Below are positions 38,501 to 51,644 of a DNA stretch of 64,000 bases, piece after piece. The translations under genes were made by a program, and so were the position numbers. This stretch comes from Rotaria socialis (Eukaryota), in contig CAJNYD010000056.1 of assembly GCA_905331295.1 (NCBI GenBank), positions 248,001 to 312,000 of the forward strand, in the 5' to 3' direction. Position 1 is the first letter of the stretch, and every line of letters starts with the position of its first letter. The notes beneath the pieces are model-generated. The model did no database searches. It was not told where the DNA came from and worked only from the letters and a program-made list of their open reading frames with translations.

Positions 38501-41500
38501 TCTGGTATTTGCTACTTTACGAAATATGCCTGTTGTATCTGGTCCTTTGTAATAAAGTACTTCAAGCAATTGCTATAGAACATAACAAAAAATAAAGCAG
38601 GTAAGAAAAATGAGAACAGATCTCTATCTACTTGAATAACCGGTGGTATTTGATTATTATATTTTTTAATAAGCTCATCAAATGTTTGTCCAAAAAATTG
38701 ATTTGATGATTTTGTTCGTAATGGTGTTGCTGTTGATGATGAATGATAATCATCACTATATTGTTGTTGTTGTATGGAAGATTTTGAACTATGATCTTTT
38801 GTTTTACGTTTATGAAAAAATCGATGTTTCTTATTTGGATTTTCAACATCGCGTCTTCGTAATTCAAAATCATGAGAATTCATTGAAATATTATTTAAAC
38901 TTGTCATCGACATATTATGATTGGAATACATTGTTGCTGCACTATGTAATGATGCACGATCATCACCATCGAAAGATGTTTGATTTGCTGGTTTCAAATG
39001 TTTCATTTTTATTGCATATGGATATTCGTGACCTACAGGAAATTGAAATTGAAATCAAAACAATAGACACAAAACGTTTTATCATACTATATGAGAAACG
39101 ATTTAAATTGTATCTTGATGTACTATGGTTTACTCGAAACATTTTTGACTATCTAGTCGGTTTGAATTCATGTTTCTTTGTTCTGTTCTGTTATGTTGAA
39201 GTTTATTTCTTCTTCTTTCTTTTACCTCGAATGTTTAAAATAGTTAGGAGTTCATATAGATCGGGTATGCGCATCGTCAATGTTTGTCTTAACTATGTAC
39301 ATGATCAACATGCAGCACGTTTCTGCTCTTTGTATTGAACGACTTTTCTTTCTTTTTCTTTTTTTTCATTCGGCTCAACCCTAAGATATACAATCAAATC
39401 TTTCTACGCATTCTTTTCTACTTTTGCTTTTGTTTGAACCACCAATCAGTTTAAAACATTTTTCTTATCAAGACAAAAAGATTGGATATAGAAACGAATG
39501 TGTATGTGTATATGTCACCTTTCTTTTGATTGTCTAATGAGATGGATAAAACTCGTAGTGACTTTAGTTTCTCGTGCTTAATCTAGTTACATACTCGTGC
39601 ATCATGACTAATACATTTTTTTCGTTGCACTTATTTTTATTTTTTTTGCTAATTCTTTAAAAACTATGTCAAGAATAGAATTTAATATGTAGGCAAAATT
39701 TCTCCTCCCCTTCATAGTTCCTTTTTCTCTGATAGATAAATAAGAACTATGTCGTATATCATTTAATCTCTCTTCCGCTCCCTTTTTTTATATTACCTGG
39801 TTGACGTCGATGACGATCATAAACAATTTCAAGACTTTTCGAACGCATTGCTGCCGCACGAAATAAAGAGAATATATTTCCATGATATCGATCAGATTTT
39901 CTTGATCGCTCATTCATAATTTTTTTCTTTTCGAAAGAAAAATAAATACTTCTGCTTCTTCTTCTAAATGTTGATGTGCACCCGGAATAATACACAAATG
40001 AATCGAAAATTGCTGGTTACATGCACATTTTGAGGACTTTTGTAATTTGACAAGAAAAAGAAAATAGAAGAAATAACGGAGAGAACAAATGAGAATTTAG
40101 ACGTGTATACATTTGCATAGGTACCTGCACAATGAAGTTTCTTATTCTCTATTATTCTGTCTTTCTTTTTTTTTTCTACCACTGCTTTCTTAAGTATCCT
40201 GCACGCGCAATACGAAACAAATAAGAGAAAAAGAAAAGAATTCAAGAATGCGTGAAAGAACAATGTTTACCTATCAACGGTATTAATTGCGTTTGATTTG
40301 ATTGTGGTGAAGAGTTTACTAGTTGATTTATGTTATTAGAACTTTGTGTGCTAGACATAGTACTTGAATCATTTAGTGCAAATAAAATATAATTATCCAC
40401 ACATGCATCCTTTGGATTTTTTTAAAATAAATGCACAGACATAAAAGAAAAAGAATGAAACAGAAGAATTAATTTAACATACTCGAAGATGACATGCATC
40501 AATACATTTTTTAATTAAATCTCGAACGGTTTCTTGTGGTCGAATGTTGATTACTTTACGCTACAGTTATAAATATTCAATATATCGTCTTTCATCTTGT
40601 AGATATCATTAGACTTACGATTAAAAACGAAGTTGTATTATTATTTTGATCCCATTCTTGATTCTGATCAATAACGATGCGAACATGTTCAAAATTGGAA
40701 TTGTTTAATTGCCACCAAAAATTTAGATTTCTAAATTAGATGAATTCGATTTAACTGAAAAAATATTTATTTAGTGTTTCATTTTAGTTAGAGTGAATAT
40801 TTTACTTTCATGTCAGACATCAATCATGTCTATTGACATATCATCAAACAAAAATACAAAGTTCTTGAAATATCAATAGGTTTTGAGGGCATGTTTATGT
40901 TTTCATACCGACTAAAGCATTTAATAATATGATACAAACAGAATTTGCCCCAAAGCATTTCATGTATAAACTAACACATCTTATTTAATTTCGAAATAGA
41001 ATTCGAGAGAATAAATTAAAAATAGCTCAAAAATGAAAATCGTTTGTTTTTGTGAGACATCCAATGAGCATATGTATATTTAACTATTATAAACATGAAA
41101 GTGAACTTACGATTGAATACGCGTATACCAAATGTCTCGAATATCTTTTGAATCGAATTCAACAAGAAAATTTTCTACTAATGGCCAACCAAGAATCAAT
41201 GTACGATGATAATCATAATAAGTCAATGATGTTATTTCTGATACGATAGGTTCATTTAAATTTTCTATATTTGTGTATAACCATACACGATTTAAATCAA
41301 TGCGATATTTTATTTTCAATAATGATCGCTTTTGATTTGTTTTACCGATAATTAATTCATTTTTATTTGTTATTATAAATAAACGTCGACAGGTTCTATA
41401 ATCTCGAAATAATGTTACACTTGCCCATAAATCATAGGAATCAAATATTCCAAACGATGTTAAACAACGTGTTATATCAATATCATGTGCAGTTAGATCA

Positions 41501-41631
41501 ATACTTGAATGTTTACTACCAAGAATATAACGACTTATCGAACGAGATTTACGTGTTAATGGATGCGATTCTCGAGATTTTTTTCTCAAGCGTACATCAA
41601 TAGGAATGTGATCGTCTAGTTGATTATTCAT
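35585..41631 (-). CDS. PH-RA-RhoGAP protein (ARHGAP20-like); about 9 exons
   Basis: PH domain (RRLFIITNKNELIIGK..KIKYRIDLNRVWL..LILGWPLVENFLVEFDSKDIRDIWYTRI); RA-like exons at 40480-40730; RhoGAP (FFGQTF..IPPVI..YYKGPDTTGIFRKVAN..ILAAGIFK|HFLRTLPEPV..NGMNAFNLGLCVSNSL); long low-complexity tail. Confidence 0.85.
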
Positions 41632-44600
41632 TACCAAAATAGATATGTATTATTTATTTATTAAAGCTAATATAATACAAAACCATCTAAATATAAACAA
41701 AATGGAGATATTTCTTTTTGTCTATGAATTAAGAACATTTTTCCTTTTGTATTTTTTTCTTCGTTTAAGATGAAGAATAGAAAAAAAGCCAGTAGTGACT
41801 TGTACAAGTTAAACTAATTAGATAAAAAGCAAAACGATTCATGACGCTGTTTGCATTATCTCTATTGTATCGTTACATAAACCAACCATGGAAGATAAAA
41901 CTATTCTATTACATGTTAGATAGCGAAATCTATAGATGTCGACCGCAAAGGACTATATTTTTTTTTTAATAATAAATTTTTCAAAAAGACCAAGTTGAAG
42001 GTTTTTTGCAGGTCTCCAAACTCTTGAAATGTTCCTTCGATGCGGCAAGTGCACAGGTTTAGAGTTACAATAAAAGTTCTCGGGTCAGAATATGCTGTCA
42101 TTTCTTGACCCAGTACAGCTATTACTTATAAAGTCTATTACTTCATCATTAGCCTAATTATTTTTGAGTAAATTTATTTTTAATTGATAAGTATACACAT
42201 AAAATCGCGTTCTGTCATGTTATAATAAAATGGCATCCATTATAGAATAATTGACATAGCTACATAAAAAAGAAAGAGAGACGTCGTCTTTTGTACTTGC
42301 AAAAGAAAAAGGTAAATTAGCATATGTGAAATGTACTTTGTTTAAAAAAGTAACAGCTTCTATGTGACTGAAACCAGAGAAAAATCTCTGGTGGATCGTT
42401 CCGTTTTATATTAACTACTCTACTACTCCGAATAGGGAGTGAAAGATATTGTCATCGTAGAAAAAAATAACATATATATATATATATATTAGCTATGCTA
42501 AAATTCTTTTATCGAACTCAGTACGTTTTTAACCTTTATGTTAATAGTGATAAGAGAAAATACTTTTATTAATACTAAAAGAATTTTTACAATCGACGAG
42601 AACAGTAACTGGGTAATAAATCACTTATGTCCTTCGTGTTCGTTTTGAGTTTCACATAATCTCGTCGCTTTTCTTTACTGTCATTTATCTATGTGCCTGA
42701 ATGGAATATACAATAAAAAAACCCACGATCACTATAAAAAGAAAAAGAGATTCTACGATATTGCATATGAGATTGTCACGTCAACTTCGATTCTAGTATA
42801 AAATAACACAATCTGAACTTAATTCACATGATCGTAAAGAGAGTTTGATAGACTTTGTAATGTATATAAAAATATTATTATTATCTATTAGTTTTGCATT
42901 CGCGCAAATTTCTCCAGGCAGACGTAAGCATGAAAGATCTGTCATTTTTGTTTTTATTCATACGATAGGATTGTTGAAAATAACTATTTATAGATCTTAC
43001 TTTTCATTATAAAAGGTTAAATGGAATATATAATGATGATAGATTATGCTTTCAGACTTCGAAACTATACAAGTTCTATTCTTTGCGATAGGGAAGAGAG
43101 GTTGATTTCTTCCAAAAAAAACAACATTAACATACAATGAGAATATTAAAATATCTTCCTCTTATCATTTTCAAGAATATTTTAAGCTTTTACTAAATCT
43201 ATTGACAACAAGACGATATACTAGACGTAAGTAAAATATTTTTGACAATGCCGTCTAAAAGGTACATTTCTACTATTATATTGCGTGATTTAAAACTTGA
43301 TAATAGGAGACCTCCACATATTGCTATTAGATTAAAGTTCAAAGTGTTCTACAGCACACTCTATTCCGTTTACCTTATTTAACAGATGTCATTTCAAATT
43401 TAAAACTGAATCAACAGTAGAAAATCCACGCAACTTCAACTAAAGAAGGCCATTTTATGTATAGAAAAAGTTCTGTCATTTCGGAATAAAAAACATTATT
43501 TTAGTCAAACGAGTCAACGAAAACATACAAAGAAAAAAGAATAATAGTAACGTACTAAACTACGAATACATACCATAGTCTATCAATCACAAGTCAAGAT
43601 ATTTATAACTGTGTTAATAGAACAACAAGAAAAAGAGGTCTTCAACTGTCTCTTAACCAATACGTCGCAAGGTCTCTCTTCAAATCAACGAAAAATTACT
43701 GGCGCAATTTTCATAATAAAATAAAGTATCACTAGAAATTTGATCATCAGTACCTTCACAAATGTTGTTTTTGTCACCTATGCATACTATATAATAATAT
43801 ATATATTGAAAAGAAATGCAAGAAGCTGTTGAAAAAAAACAAATGAATTGTTATTTTGGTGGTCGTTTCTTATACTACTCAGTGAGTGATGTGATTGATT
43901 TTTAATAATTTCAAATTATATATGCACAATAGGCACTCGTGTTTTTTCGCAATAGTTGTATATAATACAAAAAAAGAGAGAAATGAAAAGAAAAACGAGA
44001 AAAAAAATCAGCAAATGTAATATTTTATTATTTTTTTCTACTTACATACTTATTTAAATATTGCCATGAATGATAACAAAACTGCGTAATTGATGGACAT
44101 TGAGAAATGAGGAGAAAAAGATTTGCTATTCTTAACATGCAGTACATTCTTATCATTGAAAATGTGAAATCAAAGCTATTCTTGATTATGTCAACAAAAG
44201 ATGTATACACTTCAATGAAAAAGAAAAGAAAAAAAGATTGTTTGTGATTGAAGCAGCATCTCCTTGTTGAGCAGTACATTATTCTGTATGGTGTCTGTGC
44301 ATGCACATCTCCAACAATCGGCGGCGGCGATGTTGTTTCTTTTATTGATGACCTTCGTAGTCTGATGAATGTATCAAAAGTAGTAAATGAAATACGGATG
44401 CCGTAAGCATTCTCATTTAAACGAACATTTACAAATATTAATATTTAGTTGCCCTACGTGTATATGATTTATTACGTTGATGACCATGTACTGAATTCAT
44501 GGTGTGGTTCATTAAAAACTTTAATGCGAACTACATTCGTACACTGTAGAAATAAAATAGTAATACATTTTTGTTAGATGAATCAAGTTTTCGATGAATC

Positions 44601-47358
44601 CAGTATTCAACAAAAATGATTGGTCGAGAAAAAATTTTCAAAAGTGACTTTGAAAATTAAAAATTTCTCACAGAAATTGTTTTCAAGTTGTCGTTATTAG
44701 ATTATCGTTGATTTCAATGCTTCTTTTATATAATTATAGGAACAGAAATTACTCTCGTTGGAAATCGCATGTTCTTCCCAAAAATATGACGTAAACGATT
44801 AAGAATCAATAAGAAAAAAAACGAAGTGGTTCATTGAAGTCATTAAGTCTGAAAAAAATTTCAATAGAAAATCCTTGGCGGGGATCCTTACCTTAAAATA
44901 TTTCTTTGACAAAAAACTAATAAACTGTATGGCATTGAATGCATTCTTTTACTTTTGTGTCATTCATAATGTATCCTCGAAGCTCTTTAAAAACGTGTAG
45001 ATAAACAGATTATCATGAAAAGTTCAAAATTGAAGGTTTTTTTTTGAAGAATCATCTCCGCTCTTCAGAAGCATTAACGTTGATTATATTATCACAATAG
45101 AAAAGAACGCTTAGATACTTTGCCAAGCTAGAAGCTGCGTACAAATATTCGTAAAACAGGTTTGTTCTTTTGAACTAATAAGATGAAACGCTGGAATTTT
45201 TGAATCAGTGAAATTGATTGGTTTGCTCTCATTTCTACGGAAAAAGATGTCTATTCTACTTCTGAGTGTTTAACCCTAGTTGAACAGTATAGATCGAGGA
45301 TCATTAATTTTATTTTGAAACTAGTTGATACGTGATGATAAACAATATTGTAGCATTCGCTATCAACTGATTGCGTCCGATCATCTAATGAATCTCATCT
45401 TAAATTTTCGAACTAAATTAATTACTATAGCTACTATTCGATAATAAAAGAATTTGGTGACCGTGCAAGAATATCTGTCTTGCGGTTGAATATACGTATA
45501 GTACTTCGTTGATTACCACAATTATTTTCATGTAAGTTTAGAAAAACTAACTTCACACGCTCGTGGAAGGAGATAAAAGTGCGTTTCGATGCTTGCTTTC
45601 CCCCCATACTATTCGTGCATATTAAAATCAATACTATAAGTATTTTTATTTACGTATGAAAAAGTTCAAGCAAACTTTTCTCTCTCTCTCTCTCGCTCAA
45701 TATGATTTGATAGTAAAAACAGTTCTTTGTATTTCTCTGATATTTGATCATTCTTCAACTAATATTATAACAATAAGATTTCTATATGCGCTGTTTAATA
45801 TGAGATATAATAGTAATTTTAGCTCACATTTAGCCTTAAATATGTATATCCTGTTATTTCTTCTTCTCAAGTGTGTACTCATCTATACATATTAGAATAC
45901 ACAAAAAAGTGATGGTAGTAGAACAGAAAGTAAATACAGAAACAAGGTTATGGATCTTTATTCAGGCAATGTCCGGGATTCGAGAACATGGAATTTTTTT
46001 AGATTTGTTACAATTGAATAGAATCTCAACGATAAAAACTATTCCTTATCATTGTATCGTGCTGAAACCAAGGCCAAGAAGTTCGTTGAATGAATCAAGA
46101 GGCCTATTGAAGAACAAATAATATATAGATTCGCAACGAATTCAATCGAGGATCGCTAACGAGAACAATTAATTAAATCCAAACTCGTGAAGTTTCATTC
46201 TAATGTTCTACAATCACTTATTTATATGTGCGTTAATATATTAAAGACGTTTCAATAGCTAACTAATAAAATTTCAAATCTTTCGTACTTACTTTCATTT
46301 TGTGCTCCATGAATAAGTACCATATTACCTTCGATCGATCGATCAAAACTTTCGAACATTCAGCTATTGTCGCGTGTAGGCAACTAGGACTTAGAGAAGG
46401 TGAGACAAAAACGAAGGCGAAGAAGAACACAACGGATTTACATTGAAGGTGACATGTAATCTAATACTTCCGACGTGTACCATATCATCGAGTTCTTGTC
46501 GAAATAAATTTTATTATTATATAATTACTTGAGGAAATGCACAGCTGTATTTTGTTTTTCTTTTACAGTTGAAATCAATGATCCGTCAATTGTTTTAAAA
46601 TAGTCCATATTGAAAAATATTTAACTATGTCGTGCTGATGGAGGAAAATTTTAGATTCAGACTATTGGTAGGATTCACTGTGACATTTAGGAAAGCTTAA
46701 AATAATTCTGATGTGTTAGTGTCTGTTATCGAACTATGATCAATTTAATGAAAATGTTACTAAGAACAAAGAATTTTCGTAAGACTTACTTTTGTCATAG
46801 GAAGACATAGCACTTTAATCGATTGGAAAAGAAAGACACTCGTTTTTTGCGCTAGCAGCCTTACGACCTTTTTGCATATTATTGAATCTGTCTGCCAGAA
46901 ACTCTCTCGTTTCATTATCGAAACCATAACTCTTTGTCAGTAGTTTGTAAAATGAAGACGAATGACATTCAAAACTTCTATACATTCCCTTAGTAGCAAG
47001 ATTGAGTAAATAAGTCAATTAAAAGTTTCTTTGCTCTCCTGGAAAATCAATTTTTATTCTATTGCATGTCATTTCTTACCATTCAGTTCCATAATGTCGA
47101 GAAAATGATCGTTGATTTATTCAAAACGATTATATTTGACTTTTATTGCATGAAATTCATGACTGTCAAATATTTTCTATTCATGTTTGATCAAAAGCTC
47201 GCAAATTTGTGACCTAAATATATTTTAACGAGTGATTTTGGTTTTGGATAAACAAATCCAAGACAATATTTCTTCGTCTAGCGCATACTTATTGTCAACT
47301 TCTTCAGTTAGAATTTCTATTCATTTAAAAGAAAGACTAGAAAAGAAAACAATCACAG

Positions 47359-48748
47359 TTAAGTGGCAAAAATGAGTTCACGCGTAAGATAAATATATGT
47401 AAAAGGTCCTTGATGGTAACTTTCATAGGTAATATTTTTTGAAATGCTTCTTTCTACAGCTGGTTCGATTTGTGTTCCTTCACCCCATTCATTAAATGAT
47501 GTTATTGTTACAATTCTATCGTTACCTTTTGGTAGATCATTGAACATTTTTTTATAATATTCTCCATTTTGTCTCGGTCGTGTTGTTCCGCCATTCCATG
47601 GTCTAACATTTGTATCAATATAGCCAGGCCCAACACTTGGAATAAACGGTATGGATTTACATTGGCCAACCGTGAAAGTCCATTGTTGCGAAGTTGATGC
47701 TTCAGTAAACCCATTCGCAGCGAAATACGAATAAGCCGCATCGAAGCCAGATGATGCTAATGGTTGACATTCATTAGATTTAAGAATGAGACCAACAAAA
47801 AAAGCTTCTTGTTTCATTTTTTCATTAGAAAAAAGTTTTTGACACCATTCATGTGCAGATATTCGATAAGAATCATAAATATAAAAAACACCTTTTCCAT
47901 TGAAACGATAAAATGCTTGATGCGAGCCATATTGACGAAGGATATATTGTGTCCAATGTATGACATTGTCAACTGTTCGATTTTGATATGGTTCAATATG
48001 AAAGCAAACCTAAGGAAAACGATTTAAATTATTGAGCAGAACTTCCCTTTTTTGTTTTGTTTTACTTTCAATTGATATTTTCCAGCTTTATTTAGTAAAA
48101 GCGGTATAATATCATCCGATGGACGTCCTTCATCATCGGCCATACCTGGTGGATACCAACTTATTGATAGAGTACCTTGAGAAAAAACTGCTCATCTATT
48201 ATTCCTGTTCAAACTAATTATTTTCGTCTACCTGCACCACTCATGCGAATCATTCGCATATGTTTATCGAGAATAACACGAGAACGAGAACTATATGGAC
48301 CAAGAAATGGATAAAAATTACTACCAATATCATCCGGTGGCTGATGTCGATGCTGTGGGTAATGTACGGCTTTTTCACGATTCCAATGAGCTAATCGACG
48401 ATGATTCCAATGCAAATATTGGCCACCATCATATTCTGGAGTTCCATACCTTTGTGTTTTTCAGTACGAGATTCGCCTGTCATGAAATTAAAATTCGACT
48501 TACCATGGATAATAAAAAATATGATAATTATATTTAACAGGTGTATGTCGTATGAATGTATCAAGATTATCGATTTCATATAAAAATAGGGATTCAGTTG
48601 TTACAGATGGAGAATGTGGATGAGGTGCATCTTGTTCATAATTTATTGATAAACTTCGATATAAAATCGAACACCAAACCAAAACAATTAAAATAAAACC
48701 AATGGCAAACCATCGGATTCGATGTCGACGCGTACGCAGTTGCCACAT
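47359..48748 (-). CDS. MANEA: Golgi glycoprotein endo-alpha-1,2-mannosidase (GH99); 4 exons
   Basis: Type II TM near the N-terminus; YHIFYYPWY; YLHWNH; PPDDIGSNFYPFLGPYSS; SWYPPGMADDEG; FHIEPY; YFAANGF; PSVGPGYID..RPWN; ITSFNEWGEGTQIEPA carrying the GH99 catalytic ExxE. Confidence 0.95.
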
Positions 48749-49706
48749 TAAACATCTGCAGACAAAGCAAATATTCTTTTTAGAGTTAAACAAGGGACGT
48801 TGGTGACAAAACAGAAAAGATGAAACTTTTCAACTAGACTTATCAACGCTCCAGTATTAAGAAAAATATATGACGTGGCACAAACTAAAATAGACACAAA
48901 TTCCTTTTGCTGCTAAGTGAATAGTTGTCAAGTATGAGTTCAGATAATATAGACCGGCAATGCCTATCGATGCGAAAGAAAGGCTCAAGACATCTGCTAA
49001 TTAAGCCATTAGGATGCGCCTGGCTTGAGTATCGTCGTGAAAATTCAAATAGAGCTGTGTTCATTGTTATTCAGTAACATTTATTTATAAATAAACTCTG
49101 CAATAGACTTGAAATTTGATGAAGTGAACCTTGAGATATCATGGAAAACAACGCATGAAATAGCAAGGATCGTGTTTCTTGATTTCAATGATCATACCTG
49201 TGTGTATAATTTGATGAATAGTATTAATTGCATATATCAATGATGAAAAATAGACTATCAATAGAGCGGAAATTTTATCTGCATTAAAAATTTTCTTCGC
49301 CGCTCATAGATTGACTGATCCGAATCTCTCGTTTGTATTTTTAACTTTAGCAAAATGAATATTTAAACTTTGCAATTGAATATATCTCATATGATCAGAT
49401 AAAACATTGTATTTTTCATCTTGTTAGTAAATCTAACTATCAAACTACTCACTCGCTAATAATCCAATAGTTTCATGTATTCTATATTCATTCGTTATAT
49501 TTCGACGCGAATTATAAATTCCTATCTATATATGAATGGCAAATATAAACATTTATATCAAACAATAATCCTAGAAAAGCTTTTTTTTTATTTTATGTTT
49601 TTTTTTATGAGTCTAACAATCAGCATATATGAAAAAAGGGAACAAGTAATATATGCTTGTATAAATCATGCTTGTGAGAGAACAAAAAAACACGATGAAA
49701 AACTGT

Positions 49707-50958
49707 TTAGCGCTTTTTACGTTCCAATTCTTCAGTAGATGCATCGAATTTCGGATCTGCTATATTGATCATTAATGCTTGAGCATCAAGAAATGCACGA
49801 TTTGAACTTAATGAAAGCTAGAAAAAGAAAAAAGAAATGAAATACATCAGCAACAATTGTAATCTTTTCACATACCGTTTTGGCAATGTTTTGGGCAGCA
49901 CGAATTCTACGTAATTTCAAATAGCCAGGGTTTTTACTAATGGCATTACCAATCTAGAATAAAAGGAAAAAATTTCGATTGCCGTTTTTCTTCAGTCTCT
50001 TATTTATGAGTTGTACATACGAGTTTAGCAGATTCAGCGTCACCTTCAGCTAAAACAATTTTTTGTTGACGTTCTTGTTTAGCTTGTTCAACAGTAAATA
50101 CGGCTCGTTGGGCTTCTTGTTGAGCAACTTGTTTAGCTTCAACAGCGGCTGAATATTGTGGACTAAAACTAAGCTCAGTTATTGATACATCATCAAGTAA
50201 TATATCAAAGTCTTTGGCTCGTTCAATAAGGTCAAGACGAATTAAATTTGATACTTGTTGCCGTTGAGTAATCAATTGCGATGCGTTAAATTTAGCCACA
50301 ACACCTTTCAATACTTCGTTACATATCGATGGTAAGACACGTTCATCCCAATCTAAACCTAATGCTTGATATAATTTCGGTAGTTTCGATTGATCAGGTC
50401 GAGCTAAAACTCGAAGAGCTAAAAATTGAAATCAATTATTTCGTTGATAAGAAATTAAATGGGTTGAAAATAAACAAACCAATAGTGATCATTTGAAGAT
50501 CTATCAAAGAAAGGAAAAGTGTAAAAGATAACGAAAGAAGAAGAGAACTATCGAACCTTTGCTTCCAGTAGGTGATTTAATTATACGAGGTCGAGCTCGG
50601 ATATCATATAGAATTGGATATTGAAACCATGGAACTCTGTGAAAGAAAAAATTCTTTAATTAAACACACAAAACTCTTCTTATACTTTCTACCTAAAATG
50701 TAAGCCTTCGCTATAGATTGTATTTAGGTCAACACCACCAATACGATTAAAAATAATAGCACGATAACCACCCTCAACTATAAAAATTGATTTGTTAAAT
50801 AAAAGTTTATTTTTTTGTATAAAATTACCTGTAAACATGGATCTATATACTCCATAAACGGCAGCTGATGCTCCAACAAGTAATTTAAGACCTAGACCTA
50901 ATCCTTTAGGTGCACCTAGAGATAAACGACTGGCGAAATCATTTAACTTTTCAGCCAT
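49707..50958 (-). CDS. PHB2: Prohibitin-2; about 7 exons
   Basis: [16 protein letters not shown]..|[111 protein letters not shown]. Confidence 0.97.
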
Positions 50959-51644
50959 ATTAACTGTGTTCTAATCTAAAATGCAAATCATTTTACAGAA
51001 AATTGATTTCAATTAAACAAATAAAAATTTTGAGAATATTATTCTGGAAGGGACATTTTTTTCAATGATGGATTTGTATTAAGTAATTGATTAAAAAGAA
51101 ATGATACTTCAGTGTCAATAGATGTTATAATCGATGACACATCGTCTTGTATTGATGAACGATGATCCTAAATGAAAGAAAAACTACATTTTTTAAATCG
51201 AACCTGTAGCTAAAATGTAACATTTTGCAGAATAGAGTTTGAGCTACGAACTTTTTTAAATATTTCTTTATCAAATGTCTATAGCTCGAAGATAGTAGGT
51301 CTGCTATACAAATCACGGCGTATAAAACTTTTACGTAAAGAAATTTCTAGGACAATATTTGCAAGAATCATTTTTCAGTAAATCCATTGTTACACTGAGA
51401 CATCGAGAGTCCCAAGAACATAGTATAGAAACCATCAAATCATTAGGTAGACGTACTGACTTCAAAGAAATTGTCGCTATTGAACTGTTGAGATTAAAGA
51501 TCTAAAATATTTCAGTACGAAAACAAAAAACAGTAATATACTAGATTTTGTATCTATCTGATAAGCTAACAATTCGAGTTTTCTTTCGAAGTGCCTAAAC
51601 CTTTCTATAAGAAACGTTGACCACTACATTTATTCATAACTCGA

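Noticed and set aside
38682..39338. 218-aa plus-strand ORF
   Set aside because: Antisense to the RhoGAP exon and the AT-rich intron; low-complexity hydrophobic translation with no motifs.
46815..47018. 67-aa ORF with protein-like composition
   Set aside because: No recognisable family or flanking exons; possibly a TE-derived fragment but unsupported.
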